Part shown: positions 21,658 through 33,697 of the stretch, one piece after another
How positions within the stretch are numbered: position 1 is the first letter of the stretch
Layout: the number at the start of each line of letters is the position of its first letter
Assembly: GCA_964230215.1 (NCBI GenBank)
Contig: CAXRGQ010000007.1
Location: 234,863-298,862 of the forward strand
Length of the DNA stretch: 64,000 nt
Direction of reading: 5' to 3'
From: Flavobacteriales bacterium
GTDB lineage: Bacteria; Bacteroidota; Bacteroidia; Flavobacteriales_D; JAUILH01
Notes under the pieces: generated by a model
Told to the model about the DNA's origin: nothing
The model's input: the letters and a program-made list of their open reading frames with translations, nothing else
The model's database searches: none
Program-made: the position numbers and the translations under genes

Positions 21658-23331
21658 ATGAGTTGGAAACAAATTGTTATCGCATCTTCTTTCTTACCTG
21701 GAATGTTATTTGCACACGGAGGCGGTGATGGCGATCACGAAAAAGACGCTAAGAAATTTAATAAATACCACAATTGGCATCATGGTACGTACAAGACTAC
21801 TAAAATGATGGGAGTTGGGGCAACAAAAGCATACGCAGAACTTCTAAAAGATATAAAGCCAAAAAAACAAATCATCGTTGCGGTGATTGACGGTGGCATT
21901 GATTACAAACATGAGGATTTAAAGAATGTCATGTGGGTCAATGAAGGTGAAATTCCGGGCAACGGTATCGACGATGATAAAAACGGCTATATCGATGATA
22001 TCCATGGTTGGAATTTCCTTGGACATCCGAATGGCGATAACGTTGGACCTGAGAACTTAGAATTAACACGTATTTACAGAAAGTTAAAGCCTAAGTATGA
22101 TGGTAAATCTGCTGATGATGTGAGCAACAAAGAAGAGTTTGCTCTATTCGAAGAAGTGCGTGACAAGTACAACAAAAACAAAGAGAGGTATTCTAAGATA
22201 CTCGCTCAGATGGATCAAATAAAAATGATACTTCCTGTTATTGACGCCGCTATTGAAAAAGAGCTTGGTAAATCAGATTATACCGTTGAAGAAGTAGAAG
22301 CTATTGAGACAGAAGACGCATCATTACTACAGTTTAAATCAGCTAAAGTTGAAATGATGAAACAAGGTCTAACTATGGCGAAAGTCAATGATCAGGTTGA
22401 GCATTTGGAAAGCTACGTAAACAACTATTACAATATAGATTTCATGGCTCGTAAAGAAATTATTGGCGATGATCCAACCGACATTAATGATCGTGATTAC
22501 GGTAATCCGGATATTAAAGGTCCAGACCCCTATCATGGTACATTTGTAGCTGGTCTTATTGGAGCAGAAAGAGGCAATGGTATTGGTATAGACGGAATTG
22601 CCAACAACGTCAGAATAATGGGCATTAGGGCTATTCCTGGAGGAGACGAGTACGATAAAGACGTGGCACTAGGAATTCGATATGCTGTGGATAACGGAGC
22701 ACAAGTGATTAACATGAGCTTTGGTAAAATGTATTCCCCAAATAAGGAGATGGTAGATGAGGCTATAAAGTATGCCGAAAGTAAAGGTGTGTTGTTAGTA
22801 AACGCTGCCGGAAATGATAATACAGACGTGGATGTGCATCCACATTATCCAATTGACCGTTATAATGGCGGTGCGGTGGCAAATATGCTAACCGTGGGTG
22901 CATCATCTATGCATAAGAAGAGATTTAAGGCTGATGATCTTACAGGGAGTGAAAGTGCGGCAGGCCTGCCTGGAACATTCTCTAACTACGGTCAATTCCA
23001 TGTAGATTTATTTGCACCTGGTGTGGACATTGTTTCCTGTGCGCCAGAAAGCAGATACGACAAAGGGAATGGAACCAGTTACTCTAGTCCAATTACAGCA
23101 GGAGTAGCAGCTTTGGTTTGGTCTTATTATCCTGAGCTAACAGCAGTTGAGTTAAAAGAGGTACTTATGAATTCTGTGCAGAAAGAAAAATGTTTAAAAG
23201 TGTACGTTCCAGATCGTGGTAACGATGAACCTGAAACTACTAAGTTTAAGACATTAAGTGTATCAGGAGGAATCGTAAACGCTTATAACGCATTAAAACT
23301 TGCTGAAAAAACGGTAGGTAAGAAGAAATAG
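21658..23331 (+). CDS. S8 subtilisin-like serine peptidase
   Basis: Catalytic VAVIDGG, HGT and GTSYSSP motifs; oxyanion AAGN; signal peptide. Confidence 0.93.
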   Translation: MSWKQIVIASSFLPGMLFAHGGGDGDHEKDAKKFNKYHNWHHGTYKTTKMMGVGATKAYAELLKDIKPKKQIIVAVIDGGIDYKHEDLKNVMWVNEGEIPGNGIDDDKNGYIDDIHGWNFLGHPNGDNVGPENLELTRIYRKLKPKYDGKSADDVSNKEEFALFEEVRDKYNKNKERYSKILAQMDQIKMILPVIDAAIEKELGKSDYTVEEVEAIETEDASLLQFKSAKVEMMKQGLTMAKVNDQVEHLESYVNNYYNIDFMARKEIIGDDPTDINDRDYGNPDIKGPDPYHGTFVAGLIGAERGNGIGIDGIANNVRIMGIRAIPGGDEYDKDVALGIRYAVDNGAQVINMSFGKMYSPNKEMVDEAIKYAESKGVLLVNAAGNDNTDVDVHPHYPIDRYNGGAVANMLTVGASSMHKKRFKADDLTGSESAAGLPGTFSNYGQFHVDLFAPGVDIVSCAPESRYDKGNGTSYSSPITAGVAALVWSYYPELTAVELKEVLMNSVQKEKCLKVYVPDRGNDEPETTKFKTLSVSGGIVNAYNALKLAEKTVGKKK

Positions 23332-23332
23332 A

Positions 23333-24274
23333 TTAATTCTGTCGAATCATTAATTTCGACGATAGCCCAAGGAGTTCATCTTTGGGCTTTTTTGTGTCCA
23401 AACTATCGAGTATCTGAATGGCTTCTTGATGGTAATTGTTGACCAAGTCGGCTAACTCGGCATCAATTCCATTGGCTACAATAGCAGATTTAACAGCATC
23501 AACAAGAGCGATATCACTTAAGGTATACAGGTCATTATATGCCTGCTCTCCTATTTCTTGTCGCAGGCGTATGCTTAAATACGTTTTCTTGTTATTTAAA
23601 ATGTCGCCTCCCACCTGCTTTCCAAAACTTTCGGGATCACCAAATGCATCTAAGAAATCATCTTGTAGCTGAAATCCTAAGCCCAATTTAATGCCAAGCT
23701 CATACATTTTGTTGCATTCAGACGTGCCAGCGCCTGCATTCATTGCTCCCACCTTTAATGAACACGCCAAGAGCACCGCTGTCTTGAGGCGAATCATCTC
23801 AATGTACTCTGGCAATTCTACAATTTCGCGCTCTTCAAAATCCATGTCCAATTGTTGGCCCTCACAAATCAATCTTGCCGTATCGTTAAATAATCGCATG
23901 GAATCCACTGGGTTTTTATTCCCTTCAAGTAAATAATCGTAGGCTTTAATTAGCAGAACATCTCCCGATAAAATTGCCACATCTCGATTCCATTTTTCAT
24001 GCACTGTAGCCATCGATCTTCTAACTGGCGCGTTATCCATTATATCATCATGAATAAGTGTAAAATTATGGAACAACTCTATAGCCAACGCTTGATTGAT
24101 ACTATCCTGCCAATTATCATCAAATAATTTATGGGCAATCAGCAATAAGCTTGGTCGCGTGCGTTTGCCCCCTATTGAAAGAAAATAGCGCACCGGTTCA
24201 TAAAGATTAGATGGTTTCTCTGGAATATCTAGCTTTTCTAAAGCTTCTTCAATTGCTAAAATGTAGTGCTTCAT
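23333..24274 (-). CDS. Polyprenyl diphosphate synthase
   Basis: GGKRTRP, HDDIMD (FARM), GQQLDM, KT and QDDFLD (SARM). Confidence 0.93.
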   Translation of the reverse strand: MKHYILAIEEALEKLDIPEKPSNLYEPVRYFLSIGGKRTRPSLLLIAHKLFDDNWQDSINQALAIELFHNFTLIHDDIMDNAPVRRSMATVHEKWNRDVAILSGDVLLIKAYDYLLEGNKNPVDSMRLFNDTARLICEGQQLDMDFEEREIVELPEYIEMIRLKTAVLLACSLKVGAMNAGAGTSECNKMYELGIKLGLGFQLQDDFLDAFGDPESFGKQVGGDILNNKKTYLSIRLRQEIGEQAYNDLYTLSDIALVDAVKSAIVANGIDAELADLVNNYHQEAIQILDSLDTKKPKDELLGLSSKLMIRQN

Positions 24275-24275
24275 A

Positions 24276-25136
24276 CTAAGCTATAAGAGATAGTAAGTAT
24301 TCGCCGTAACCACTTTTCACCAATGGTTCAGCTATCTTTCTTAACTGCTCCTTATCGATAAAACCTTGACGGTAAGCAACCTCCTCAATACATCCAACTT
24401 TAAGTCCCTGACGTTCCTCAATGGCCTGAACAAAGTTACTAGCTTGCATTAAGGATTTAAACGTCCCTGTATCCAGCCATGCTGTCCCCCTATCTAAAAT
24501 AGAAACCTTCAACTTGCCTTTTTCCAAATACGCTTTGTTGACGTCCGTAATTTCATATTCTCCACGTGCACTTGGCTCAAGATTCTTGGCAATTTCTACA
24601 ACCTCATTATCATAGAAATATAAACCAGGCACCGCGTAGTTTGATTTGGGTTTGCTAGGCTTTTCCTCTATTGATATAACATTTTGGCTATCATCAAATT
24701 CTACTACACCATAACGCTCTGGATCACTCACATGGTAAGCATAAACAACGCCTCCATCAGGATTGTAATTATTTTGAAGTAATCGACCCATACCGGCACC
24801 GTAGAAAATATTATCGCCTAAAACCAAAGCAACACTATCATCCCCGATAAACTCTTCACCGATAACAAAGGCTTGTGCTAATCCATTGGGCACTTCTTGT
24901 ACTTTATAGGACAACTTGCAGCCAATTGCATTTCCATCACCTAACAACTGCTCAAATCGCGGTAAATCTTCTGGAGTCGAAATAATAAGAATATCCTTAA
25001 TCCCAGCCATCATAAGCGTAGAAAGTGGGTAATATATCATTGGCTTGTTGTAGATAGGCATTAATTGCTTACTAACAGCAATAGTCAGAGGATATAATCT
25101 GGTTCCAGATCCTCCTGCTAGAATGATTCCTTTCAT
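24276..25136 (-). CDS. rfbA: Glucose-1-phosphate thymidylyltransferase
   Basis: [28 protein letters not shown] and WLDTGT motifs. Confidence 0.97.
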   Translation of the reverse strand: MKGIILAGGSGTRLYPLTIAVSKQLMPIYNKPMIYYPLSTLMMAGIKDILIISTPEDLPRFEQLLGDGNAIGCKLSYKVQEVPNGLAQAFVIGEEFIGDDSVALVLGDNIFYGAGMGRLLQNNYNPDGGVVYAYHVSDPERYGVVEFDDSQNVISIEEKPSKPKSNYAVPGLYFYDNEVVEIAKNLEPSARGEYEITDVNKAYLEKGKLKVSILDRGTAWLDTGTFKSLMQASNFVQAIEERQGLKVGCIEEVAYRQGFIDKEQLRKIAEPLVKSGYGEYLLSLIA

Positions 25137-28100
25137 TCGTCTTCTTTTTTAATTTCTAAGTCGCTTAATTCAATGTCCTCTTCTTCGTCTATAAGCTCCA
25201 GAAGTGGTTCCTTAAAGGCCTTATTTGTGATTGATTTGTCCAGCCACAATAAAAGAGATGGCAATAAAACTAAGTTGGACAGCATAGCAACTAATAGTGT
25301 TATCGATACAAGTACACCAAGCGCCACAGTTCCTCCAAAACTAGAGGTAGCGAATACACAGAAGCCAAAGAACAGTACAATGGAGGTGTAGATCATACTC
25401 ACACCCGTTTCTTTCAGTGCATTTAATACCGACCCTCTGATATTCCAGCTTTGATTTTTTAATTCTTGACGATACTTTGCCAAATAGTGAATGGTATCAT
25501 CGATGGAAATACCAAATGCCACACTAAACACCAATACGGTAGAAGGTTTGATTGGTATACCTGCCCAACCCATAATACCTGCGGTTGTAATAAGCGGAAT
25601 AAAGTTAGGAAGAAGAGACACCAACACCATTCGGATACTCGAGAATAATAATGCCATCAAGACCGCAATCATTCCCACAGCAATCATCAAGCTGGTAATA
25701 AGGTTATCCACCAAATAAGTGGTGCCTTTCGCAAATACTACGCTAGTTCCTGTGATAAAGAAATCGTAAATATTTTCATTGATATAGGACGTAAAAGCAA
25801 ACTCAAACTCAGGTGAGGCCAACTGTTCATCACTGTATTCATCGCCCTGTTCCGACAATTGCTTATCAATGTCAACTTTGATGGCAGTCTCCAATTGCAA
25901 TTTTTGTCTTTCGCTGGCCAAATCATAGGTTTTATCGTTGTATGAGACAGCCAATCCTTTCTTTGCTAGCTCATTCATCCTAGACTCGACTAACTTTTCT
26001 TTGTAGGTTCGTGAGATCTGCCATTCCGCTCTGTCACAATGTTTAGCGATATATTCACTATTGTAGAAGTTATTTAGAATTGACTTCCTGCTTGCCCCAT
26101 CTGCAGCAATAAACGACTGTTTGTAGTAGTTAAGTGAGTCCTTAACTGGGTTCAAAATACTATCAATACTTATTTTGACATCCTTAGCAACGCCATCCAT
26201 ATCCTTCGAGCCAATGTCGGCTACTTGGAAAGAAACGCGCGTGAATCTTCCAGTGGAATCTACAAACCCTTTAGCTAGATGTTTACTGCTTCCTAACATG
26301 GCATTAATTGTAGAATCTACAGTTTTATAGGCGGGTTTGGCCAACTTTGCGAGCTCCTCTGACTCGTACACAATTGAGCTATCCGTTTCTTTGTACAATT
26401 TATCAATATTAATCTTACTTGACTTAGAAGGAAATGAATCGATAAACTGACTAAGTCCAATTAGTTTCATGGAATCAGTGCTCTCGACATACAATTTGGT
26501 TCTCAATCGCTTCCACTTCTGCACGTCAGGCCCCTCCAAGTACTTCTGGATTTTACCTTGTTGACTTCTCGATAAGTCGTAAATACCGATATTATAGTTA
26601 CTGCTGTCGCCACCTTGGAATGCCTGATTGACATACTTTATGGCATCTACGAGACCAAGTGATCTTGCAAATATTCGTTTACCCTCAAACTTGTATTTTT
26701 CAACCTGTCTTTGAACACGTTCCACGCGTCTTACAAGTTGCTCCTTCTGCACTTCCCCTTCTCCATTAGCATCAATAACCACCTCAAAAGGCATAACACC
26801 CCCAAACTCAGACTCAAAGTAGCGAAGGTCATCTAATACCGGGTTGCCTTTCGGCAAGTCACTGGAAATATTTCCCGTGGTTTCAATTTTTGATAAGCCC
26901 CAAAGCGACACGGCAATTAAGACTATGGTTGTGATGTAAACCCAACGTCTATGGTTTGTAACCCATTTTACTAACTTGTTAACCGAATATTCTACCCATT
27001 TTTTCTCAAGATGCTTAGTGTGTTTATCCTCTGGTGGATTCAGAAAGCTAAATACGATGGGTATCAGACAAATGGAAATAAAGAATACAGCAATAATGTT
27101 TATGAATGCAACAATGCCAAACTGCTGCATCTTTTCACTATTCGTAAATATGAAGGTTCCAAAGCCCAATGCAGTTGTCACATTGGTCATAAATGTGGCA
27201 TTTCCAATTTTCTGAATGATGCGTGACAAAGCCTTAATTTTATTACCGTGCGCAATATATTCTGCATGATATTTATTGAGCAGATAGGTACAGTTCGGAA
27301 TCCCAATTACAATTATTAACGGTGGGATTAAGCCCATAATCATAGTTAGCCTGAAGTCGAGAAGTCCAATTGTTCCGAAAGACCAGATAACACCGATAAA
27401 CACTACAAATAGACAAGCGATGACAACGACAATTGATCGATAAAACAGATATAAGATGACCGCCAAAACCAAACCTGCCAGGGCAATCATAACTTTCAGT
27501 TCACTCTTTACGCTGTTGGCAACTACATCTCTAATATAAGGGAGACCACTGTATCTTAGATGTGGAAATTGACTTTCATACTCTTGCGTCTTCTCGTAGA
27601 TGTCATCTATCATGCTTCCACGATCTAAACTGTTGAAGCGTTTAGCGTTAACCGTTACCATCATCAAGCTGAGACGGTTATTATCTTTATAAATCAAGTC
27701 TTTATAGAACACCTGATTCAGAACAATGTCCTTAATCGAATCAACCTCTGCCTGCGTTTCTGGCATTCGTTTAGTGATGAGCTCTAATTTGAACTTTTCA
27801 TTCACATTATCCGCACGTAAACGAAACATGTGTGCAACTGAAAAGACAGAATCAATCCCTTCAATCTTTTTTAACTCTTGACCTAGTTTATACCAAGCTC
27901 TGAAATTTTCGAGCTTAAATAAGTCGACATCTTCCACACCAATGACCATAACATTGCCATCTTGGCCAAACATTTCCTTCAGTTTTTCATGCTCAATGCG
28001 CATAGGATCTTCAGGCGGAAGCATGTTGGCAAACTTGGTGTTAATCTTCACATTTGTAGCGGCAAAGTAGCCGAACATACCAGTTATGGCAGCCAAAACT

Positions 28101-28153
28101 ATTAGGATAACTATCCTGTAGCGCAATATGATTTGAGATACTTTAAGCCACAT
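25133..28153 (-). CDS. MMPL/RND family transporter
   Basis: Two 1+5 TM halves with periplasmic domains; GISIDDTIH motif; ATG at 28153 preferred. Confidence 0.88.
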   Translation of the reverse strand: MWLKVSQIILRYRIVILIVLAAITGMFGYFAATNVKINTKFANMLPPEDPMRIEHEKLKEMFGQDGNVMVIGVEDVDLFKLENFRAWYKLGQELKKIEGIDSVFSVAHMFRLRADNVNEKFKLELITKRMPETQAEVDSIKDIVLNQVFYKDLIYKDNNRLSLMMVTVNAKRFNSLDRGSMIDDIYEKTQEYESQFPHLRYSGLPYIRDVVANSVKSELKVMIALAGLVLAVILYLFYRSIVVVIACLFVVFIGVIWSFGTIGLLDFRLTMIMGLIPPLIIVIGIPNCTYLLNKYHAEYIAHGNKIKALSRIIQKIGNATFMTNVTTALGFGTFIFTNSEKMQQFGIVAFINIIAVFFISICLIPIVFSFLNPPEDKHTKHLEKKWVEYSVNKLVKWVTNHRRWVYITTIVLIAVSLWGLSKIETTGNISSDLPKGNPVLDDLRYFESEFGGVMPFEVVIDANGEGEVQKEQLVRRVERVQRQVEKYKFEGKRIFARSLGLVDAIKYVNQAFQGGDSSNYNIGIYDLSRSQQGKIQKYLEGPDVQKWKRLRTKLYVESTDSMKLIGLSQFIDSFPSKSSKINIDKLYKETDSSIVYESEELAKLAKPAYKTVDSTINAMLGSSKHLAKGFVDSTGRFTRVSFQVADIGSKDMDGVAKDVKISIDSILNPVKDSLNYYKQSFIAADGASRKSILNNFYNSEYIAKHCDRAEWQISRTYKEKLVESRMNELAKKGLAVSYNDKTYDLASERQKLQLETAIKVDIDKQLSEQGDEYSDEQLASPEFEFAFTSYINENIYDFFITGTSVVFAKGTTYLVDNLITSLMIAVGMIAVLMALLFSSIRMVLVSLLPNFIPLITTAGIMGWAGIPIKPSTVLVFSVAFGISIDDTIHYLAKYRQELKNQSWNIRGSVLNALKETGVSMIYTSIVLFFGFCVFATSSFGGTVALGVLVSITLLVAMLSNLVLLPSLLLWLDKSITNKAFKEPLLELIDEEEDIELSDLEIKKEDE

Positions 28154-28173
28154 ATATTCTAATGAGGAGATTG

Positions 28174-28181
28174 CAAATATA
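28174..28181 (-). promoter_or_regulatory. Bacteroidota -7 element upstream of the MMPL gene
   Basis: TATATTTG on the minus strand 20 bp before ATG 28153. Confidence 0.5.
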
Positions 28182-28207
28182 ACAGCATTTAGGCAGTTGG
28201 ACAACTA

Positions 28208-30562
28208 TCAAAAACTTAGGTTGAAACTAAGCTTGAATGAAAAATTATCTAGGGTCTTATCTAATTGATAGTTACCATGGCGGTAAAGCGTTGCCAATCC
28301 GATCCCCACAAACTGACTTGTGAGTAGATTATCCAGGTAAACCCCCGATTCTAAATACCAATTATTTGGCACCGTAAAATCAGCATTTTCATGGACATTA
28401 GAGTCATACATTTCCCCGATAGCACCTTTTGTACTCAACACTAATTCGGGAGCACTCATGCGAGATTTATATAATCTCAACAGATTCAATGTAATGCCTC
28501 CTGCTACAAACTTATCCGCAAAGAACTCATTAATGCGCATAGTCTCAAACGAGCTCTTGCTAGCAAAAGAAAAGTTTTCATAGGAACCACGTAAGCCCTG
28601 AGCGAATGGCAAAGGAAGCGTCATGTCTGTGTAGACAGCTCTCGCAAAGAATGCGGATTTGCCTTGGCCAGGAAGATTAAAGTCATGACGTATTTTAACC
28701 ATCACTCTAGTGTAATCAAACTGCCCTCCTTGCTCATTTAGTCCTTTTTCATAACGCAACTGAACATGGGGAAAATCAGAGCCGTCAGACAATTGCATCC
28801 CAAATAACTCAGTAAAGGTTTCGCGAAATAAAAAACTTAATTCTACGAAGGCGCTAACGTTACTGTATGACCCTGAACTAGCCGTAATAATGTTTTCATG
28901 AACATTTGAGTATAAATAATCACTCAATCCCGTAATCTCATCTTTTAAAAGTGCTGCATGTAACGAAAAATGACGAAACAAACGAGTTGAAAATTGCGCC
29001 TTAATTCGTCTTGACTGCTCTGCATTGACATTTAAAAAGCGTATATTATCTATATCTAACTGCTCCATAAAGCCATCACTATAAAATGTCTGTTGCCCCC
29101 AAAACTGTAGATCATTTCTATATGACAATCTCAACTTAGTCTGGTATTTTGGATTAATGTTGATTTGCAGATGCGCTCCCAATTTAGAAGCCTTATCTTT
29201 AAAACCATAGGCATAATACCCACCTAGTTCCATGTGCTTAGTAAGTCTATCGCTTGTAGATATACCACCACCCAGTCTAAACCCTTCATAATTGTTAAAA
29301 TCAATAAGCTTATCTATCTGCAAGGCAAAGTACTTAAACAATGGAACTTGACCCTTGCCCAAATATTTGGACCATCTGATTAGCTTGTCGAAATCTTCTG
29401 CCTGTCCTAGGCTATCCATAAATACGATGGTTGCACTATCTTTTGAGTTAACATACTTATCAAACTCACTCCGTTTAAATGACGAGTCGATCTCCACATA
29501 CGAACTCAAGTGATTAAACCTCACACCATCGCCATCTATATCAAATTTTGTGTCCTCAATATAAGTTCGGCCAGCACCCACCATATCTATGCCGCTCTCA
29601 TTATCGAAATAAATAAGTGTATTTAACTCGCTAGGAAACCAAAAACTATCTGTTTGCTTCTTGTAAATCTGCTTGATATGAATATCCATATTAGCGATTT
29701 GATTGATAGGATTAGCATCCAGATATACCAAGGCATAGGTAGACTTATCTACTTTCAATTGCCCCTTGATACCTTTAAACCTATTGTGTTTTGGTTCAAA
29801 CTGAATACTTAACAAGGTGTCTCCGTTTTCAAAATCACTTTGCAAGAGTTTATAGTTGTACACTCGAAGACCCGCTTTAGAAATCGGATTTAAAAACTGA
29901 ACACCTCCAATTCCAATTTCGTTTGAATACGCCGAGAATGTCTGAAACTCTGATGCTGTAATTGACAAGCCAGCATCCTTAAAGCCAGCTGTTTTTTGAT
30001 AGCGCGTGATAAGCTTATCTTTATTTGCGGATAAATGAATGCGCTCAGTGATAGACTCTGTAAAAAACAAATGCTGCTTTTCAAGCATCTCCTGCAGATT
30101 AAACGATGAGGTATCTGATGAACTCTCTAAGGTAATAGTGTCTAATGATTTTATAGTGAAATAGAACTTATTGTAGGCTGTATATGAAAAACACCTTTTC
30201 TCAGGATCGTTTAAATCTTTGTTCTCAATAACCCGACGAATGATTTCTTTGGAAGGGTCATCTGATTTGATTAAAAGCTCTTCAATACTCTGTTTAGGTA
30301 TCATGCCAATTTCTAGCAATTCGGAACTACACGATATGCTCATATCATCATAACCAACATAAGAAAATAGAATTGAGTCTTTACACTGCTTTAAAGTGAA
30401 TTTTCCGTCAATATTGGAATACACTTTTTCGCCACCAGACGATACTTTTACATAGGCCATTGGATCGCCAGTTTCATCGTCATAGACTAAGCCACTCACT
30501 TGGGCAAAAGAATTGATTCCAACAATTAGAAAACATATACTTAGGCAAGTTAGTCGCATCAA
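28208..30562 (-). CDS. Outer-membrane protein with N-terminal carboxypeptidase-regulatory-like domain (DUF5686-like)
   Basis: Signal peptide, G.V.D.ETG.P...SYVGY domain, NNYEGFRLG motif, C-terminal Phe. Confidence 0.75.
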   Translation of the reverse strand: MMRLTCLSICFLIVGINSFAQVSGLVYDDETGDPMAYVKVSSGGEKVYSNIDGKFTLKQCKDSILFSYVGYDDMSISCSSELLEIGMIPKQSIEELLIKSDDPSKEIIRRVIENKDLNDPEKRCFSYTAYNKFYFTIKSLDTITLESSSDTSSFNLQEMLEKQHLFFTESITERIHLSANKDKLITRYQKTAGFKDAGLSITASEFQTFSAYSNEIGIGGVQFLNPISKAGLRVYNYKLLQSDFENGDTLLSIQFEPKHNRFKGIKGQLKVDKSTYALVYLDANPINQIANMDIHIKQIYKKQTDSFWFPSELNTLIYFDNESGIDMVGAGRTYIEDTKFDIDGDGVRFNHLSSYVEIDSSFKRSEFDKYVNSKDSATIVFMDSLGQAEDFDKLIRWSKYLGKGQVPLFKYFALQIDKLIDFNNYEGFRLGGGISTSDRLTKHMELGGYYAYGFKDKASKLGAHLQININPKYQTKLRLSYRNDLQFWGQQTFYSDGFMEQLDIDNIRFLNVNAEQSRRIKAQFSTRLFRHFSLHAALLKDEITGLSDYLYSNVHENIITASSGSYSNVSAFVELSFLFRETFTELFGMQLSDGSDFPHVQLRYEKGLNEQGGQFDYTRVMVKIRHDFNLPGQGKSAFFARAVYTDMTLPLPFAQGLRGSYENFSFASKSSFETMRINEFFADKFVAGGITLNLLRLYKSRMSAPELVLSTKGAIGEMYDSNVHENADFTVPNNWYLESGVYLDNLLTSQFVGIGLATLYRHGNYQLDKTLDNFSFKLSFNLSF

Positions 30563-30587
30563 GCCAAAGATATAGTAATTTTATACC

Positions 30588-31610
30588 ATGAGCATTCATT
30601 TTAAAGACAAGCTCAACATAATTAAATCATATGGGTTTAGACGCACATGGAATGCTATGCGCGTGAAATCTTCCTATCTGGTGACCAAAATCACTCGAAA
30701 ACCCATTGTATGGGGACTTCCTATATCTGCATCAATTGAGCCAACTACTGCTTGCAATTTAAAGTGTCCAGAATGTCCTAGTGGTTTGAGGCAGTTTTCA
30801 AGAGACACTGGAAACATTGCATTAGACAATGGTAAAACATACATAGATCAACTGGCTCCTAGTGTCGGTTATATCAACTTTTATTTTCAGGGCGAACCAT
30901 TGATTAGTCCACATTTCTTTGACATGGTTAAGTATGCTACTGATAAAGGCATTTACACCGCTACTAGCACTAATGCTCACTTTTTAGACAAAGACAACTG
31001 TCAAAAAATCATTGATTCAGGTTTAAAGCGACTCATCATTTCAATTGATGGAACGCAGCAGGAAACCTACCAGTCATATCGCAAAGAAGGTAAGCTGGCG
31101 AAAGTCATTGAAGGCACAAAAAACATGATTGCTATCAAAAATAAGAACAATGGCAATGGCCCACATATCATATTTCAGTTTTTAGTAGTGAGCACTAACG
31201 AACACCAAATTAATGATTTGTTTAAACTGGCCGAAGAGCTTAAGATTGATGAAGTTCGCTTAAAAACAGCCCAATTCTACGACTTTGAGAATGGAAATGC
31301 CCTAATGCCAGAGAACGAACGCTATAGTCGATATAAAAAGATGGCTAACGGTAAATACAAGCTTAAGGGTAAACAAGCAAATCATTGTTGGCGCATGTGG
31401 AGTTCTGGTGTAATCACATGGGATGGAAACATGGTGCCATGTTGTTTTGATAAAGATGCTAAATACACCATGGGCAATCTCTTGCAAAGACCGTTAAAGA
31501 GCATTTGGCATGACGCGGCGTATAAAAATTTCAGATCGCAAGTACTCAAGAACAGACAAGCAATAGACATCTGCGCAAATTGTTCAGAAGGCACTAAAGT
31601 GTGGTCATAG
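30588..31610 (+). CDS. Radical SAM protein with SPASM/twitch domain
   Basis: CNLKCPEC (CX3CX2C), GEPL, C-terminal C...PCCFD...C..C. Confidence 0.9.
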   Translation: MSIHFKDKLNIIKSYGFRRTWNAMRVKSSYLVTKITRKPIVWGLPISASIEPTTACNLKCPECPSGLRQFSRDTGNIALDNGKTYIDQLAPSVGYINFYFQGEPLISPHFFDMVKYATDKGIYTATSTNAHFLDKDNCQKIIDSGLKRLIISIDGTQQETYQSYRKEGKLAKVIEGTKNMIAIKNKNNGNGPHIIFQFLVVSTNEHQINDLFKLAEELKIDEVRLKTAQFYDFENGNALMPENERYSRYKKMANGKYKLKGKQANHCWRMWSSGVITWDGNMVPCCFDKDAKYTMGNLLQRPLKSIWHDAAYKNFRSQVLKNRQAIDICANCSEGTKVWS

Positions 31611-31646
31611 AACCATTTTCGGGAAATTAGCGTATATAAAACTACT

Positions 31647-31985
31647 ATGCTAAAAGACCGGTTCTCTACATACAATTCCGATAAATTGATTGAGATTATT
31701 GAGTTGCCAGATGCATACACAAATGAAGCACGAGAAATCGCAGAGGAAATATTATTAGAGCGCAATTTGCATCCAAACTCATTAGATAAACTCGTAAAGG
31801 ATTTCTGGTACAATTACATAAAAGAAAACTTCAGACATCTTTTAAAGACGGGCGAACGCATTCAGAGCAAATATTTATCGCAAGAAGAACTAAAACCTCT
31901 ATTCCAAAGAGCATATAATCGCTATAAACACAGACAAGAGCTGTTTGAAATTGACCTACAATTATATTGGGGAGCCGCCTTATAA
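31647..31985 (+). CDS. Hypothetical protein
   Basis: 112-aa ORF co-oriented in the gap. Confidence 0.55.
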   Translation: MLKDRFSTYNSDKLIEIIELPDAYTNEAREIAEEILLERNLHPNSLDKLVKDFWYNYIKENFRHLLKTGERIQSKYLSQEELKPLFQRAYNRYKHRQELFEIDLQLYWGAAL

Positions 31986-32039
31986 AATGATGTGCGGTAA
32001 CCGATTATTGCTAGATATGGCTAAATTTGACGGGAAGAT

Positions 32040-33632
32040 ATGAATGAGAAGAGACCATTAAACACGTTTTTACCACTTTTTCTAGGTCTGGCAATGGCCA
32101 TAGGTTTCGGTCTAGGACACTATTTCAACAGTTCTAGTTTACCTGCTGAAGACAAAGAACAAGTACTAAAAATCAACAGCATTATCAATTATATAGAAGA
32201 ACACTATGTAGATAATGTTGAGCGCGAAAAACTTGTTGAGCGGTCTATTTCTTCAATGTTAAATGACTTAGACCCCCACTCTGCTTATATTCCGGCAAGC
32301 TTAACAGAAGCACATAACGAATCATTGAATGGTCACTTTGCCGGCGTTGGCATTCAGTTTAGAATATATGATGATAGTTTGATGGTGGTTGATGTAGTTA
32401 GCGGGGGTCCATCTGAAGACGCGGGTATTTTACCTGGCGATAGAATTCTAGAGGTAGATGGGGAGTTGTTAGCAGAGGGTGGCATATCAAATCAAGAAGT
32501 TCTAGACAAGCTCAAAGGTCAGGTGGGAACGCCAGTAGAAGTAACTGTTTGGCGAGATAATGAGAAGAAAACATTCCATATAATCCGTGGAGTTATTCCG
32601 CTAAAAAGTATTGATGCCTATTTTATGCTTGACAATAACATTGGTTATATCCAATTGGGTAAGTTTTCCAGAACAACATCAGGGGAATTTCTGTCAGCTG
32701 TACAAAGGCTAAAGCTTGATGGGATGGAAAAGTTGATAATTGACTTACGTAATAATCGTGGGGGCTATTTAGATCAAGCTATTAATCTGGCGGATGAAAT
32801 ATTAAAGTCAGGCGAATTGATAGTTTACACAGATGGTGCGCATGCTGGAAGAAAAGAATATAAAGCAACCGCCACAGGCAGACTAGAAGAAGCTGATATT
32901 TGTGTTCTTATTAATGAAGAGTCAGCTAGTGCGAGCGAAATTTTAGCCGGTGCATTACAAGATAATGATAGAGCATTTATTGTTGGAAGGCGTTCGTTTG
33001 GTAAGGGTCTTGTGCAAGAACCACACAAATTTAATGATGGCTCTGAGTTAAGATTAACTATTGCACGTTACTATACGCCGAGTGGAAGATGCATTCAGAA
33101 ACCATATAAAGGGGTTGACTACGACGAAGATTTCTACAATAGAATTGAGAATGGCGAACTTTACCATTTGGACAGCACTATTTTAGTCGATTCATTAAAA
33201 TATGAAACCAAGTATAAAAAGCGTGCTGTTTATGGTGGAGGTGGCATTATCCCAGACTATTTTGTGCCGTTTGACAGTTCTTACATGAATACCAATGCGT
33301 ACGGAACATTGCGTTACACGAGCGATAAATTTGTGTTTTACTATCTAGATGTTCATCGAAATAAGCTGTTGTTAAACTATCCCGATTATAGAAGTTTCGT
33401 AAACGAGTTTGAAGTTACTGATGACATGTTAGATGATTTGGTTGAATTTACGGAAACTAGAGAGGAGTACACTATTAATCTAGATCAGTTTGAATATTCA
33501 AAACCGCGTATAAAATTGATGTTAAAAGAAAGCATTGCCTATGCCCTTTATGATATGCAAGGCAGATTGTATTGGATGTCAACGTATGACACGACTATTT
33601 TAAAAGCAAAAGAAATTCTAGAACAGCAATAG
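32040..33632 (+). CDS. S41 C-terminal processing peptidase with PDZ domain
   Basis: LDPHS, PDZ, DLRNNRGG, SASASEI and GKGLVQ motifs. Confidence 0.93.
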   Translation: MNEKRPLNTFLPLFLGLAMAIGFGLGHYFNSSSLPAEDKEQVLKINSIINYIEEHYVDNVEREKLVERSISSMLNDLDPHSAYIPASLTEAHNESLNGHFAGVGIQFRIYDDSLMVVDVVSGGPSEDAGILPGDRILEVDGELLAEGGISNQEVLDKLKGQVGTPVEVTVWRDNEKKTFHIIRGVIPLKSIDAYFMLDNNIGYIQLGKFSRTTSGEFLSAVQRLKLDGMEKLIIDLRNNRGGYLDQAINLADEILKSGELIVYTDGAHAGRKEYKATATGRLEEADICVLINEESASASEILAGALQDNDRAFIVGRRSFGKGLVQEPHKFNDGSELRLTIARYYTPSGRCIQKPYKGVDYDEDFYNRIENGELYHLDSTILVDSLKYETKYKKRAVYGGGGIIPDYFVPFDSSYMNTNAYGTLRYTSDKFVFYYLDVHRNKLLLNYPDYRSFVNEFEVTDDMLDDLVEFTETREEYTINLDQFEYSKPRIKLMLKESIAYALYDMQGRLYWMSTYDTTILKAKEILEQQ

Positions 33633-33646
33633 CCGAACTAAAAGAC

Positions 33647-33680
33647 AAAAAAAGGGGACATGATCATGTCCCCTTTTTTT
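33647..33680. terminator. Bidirectional Rho-independent terminator
   Basis: A run-GGGGACATG-AT-CATGTCCCC-T run between convergent genes. Confidence 0.9.
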
Positions 33681-33697
33681 AATGCTCTTAGCAGAAA

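Noticed and set aside
30588-31985. Radical SAM/SPASM gene as a RiPP maturase with the downstream ORF as precursor
   Set aside because: No RRE domain, transporter or precursor-like short peptide; the 112-aa ORF looks like an ordinary helical protein
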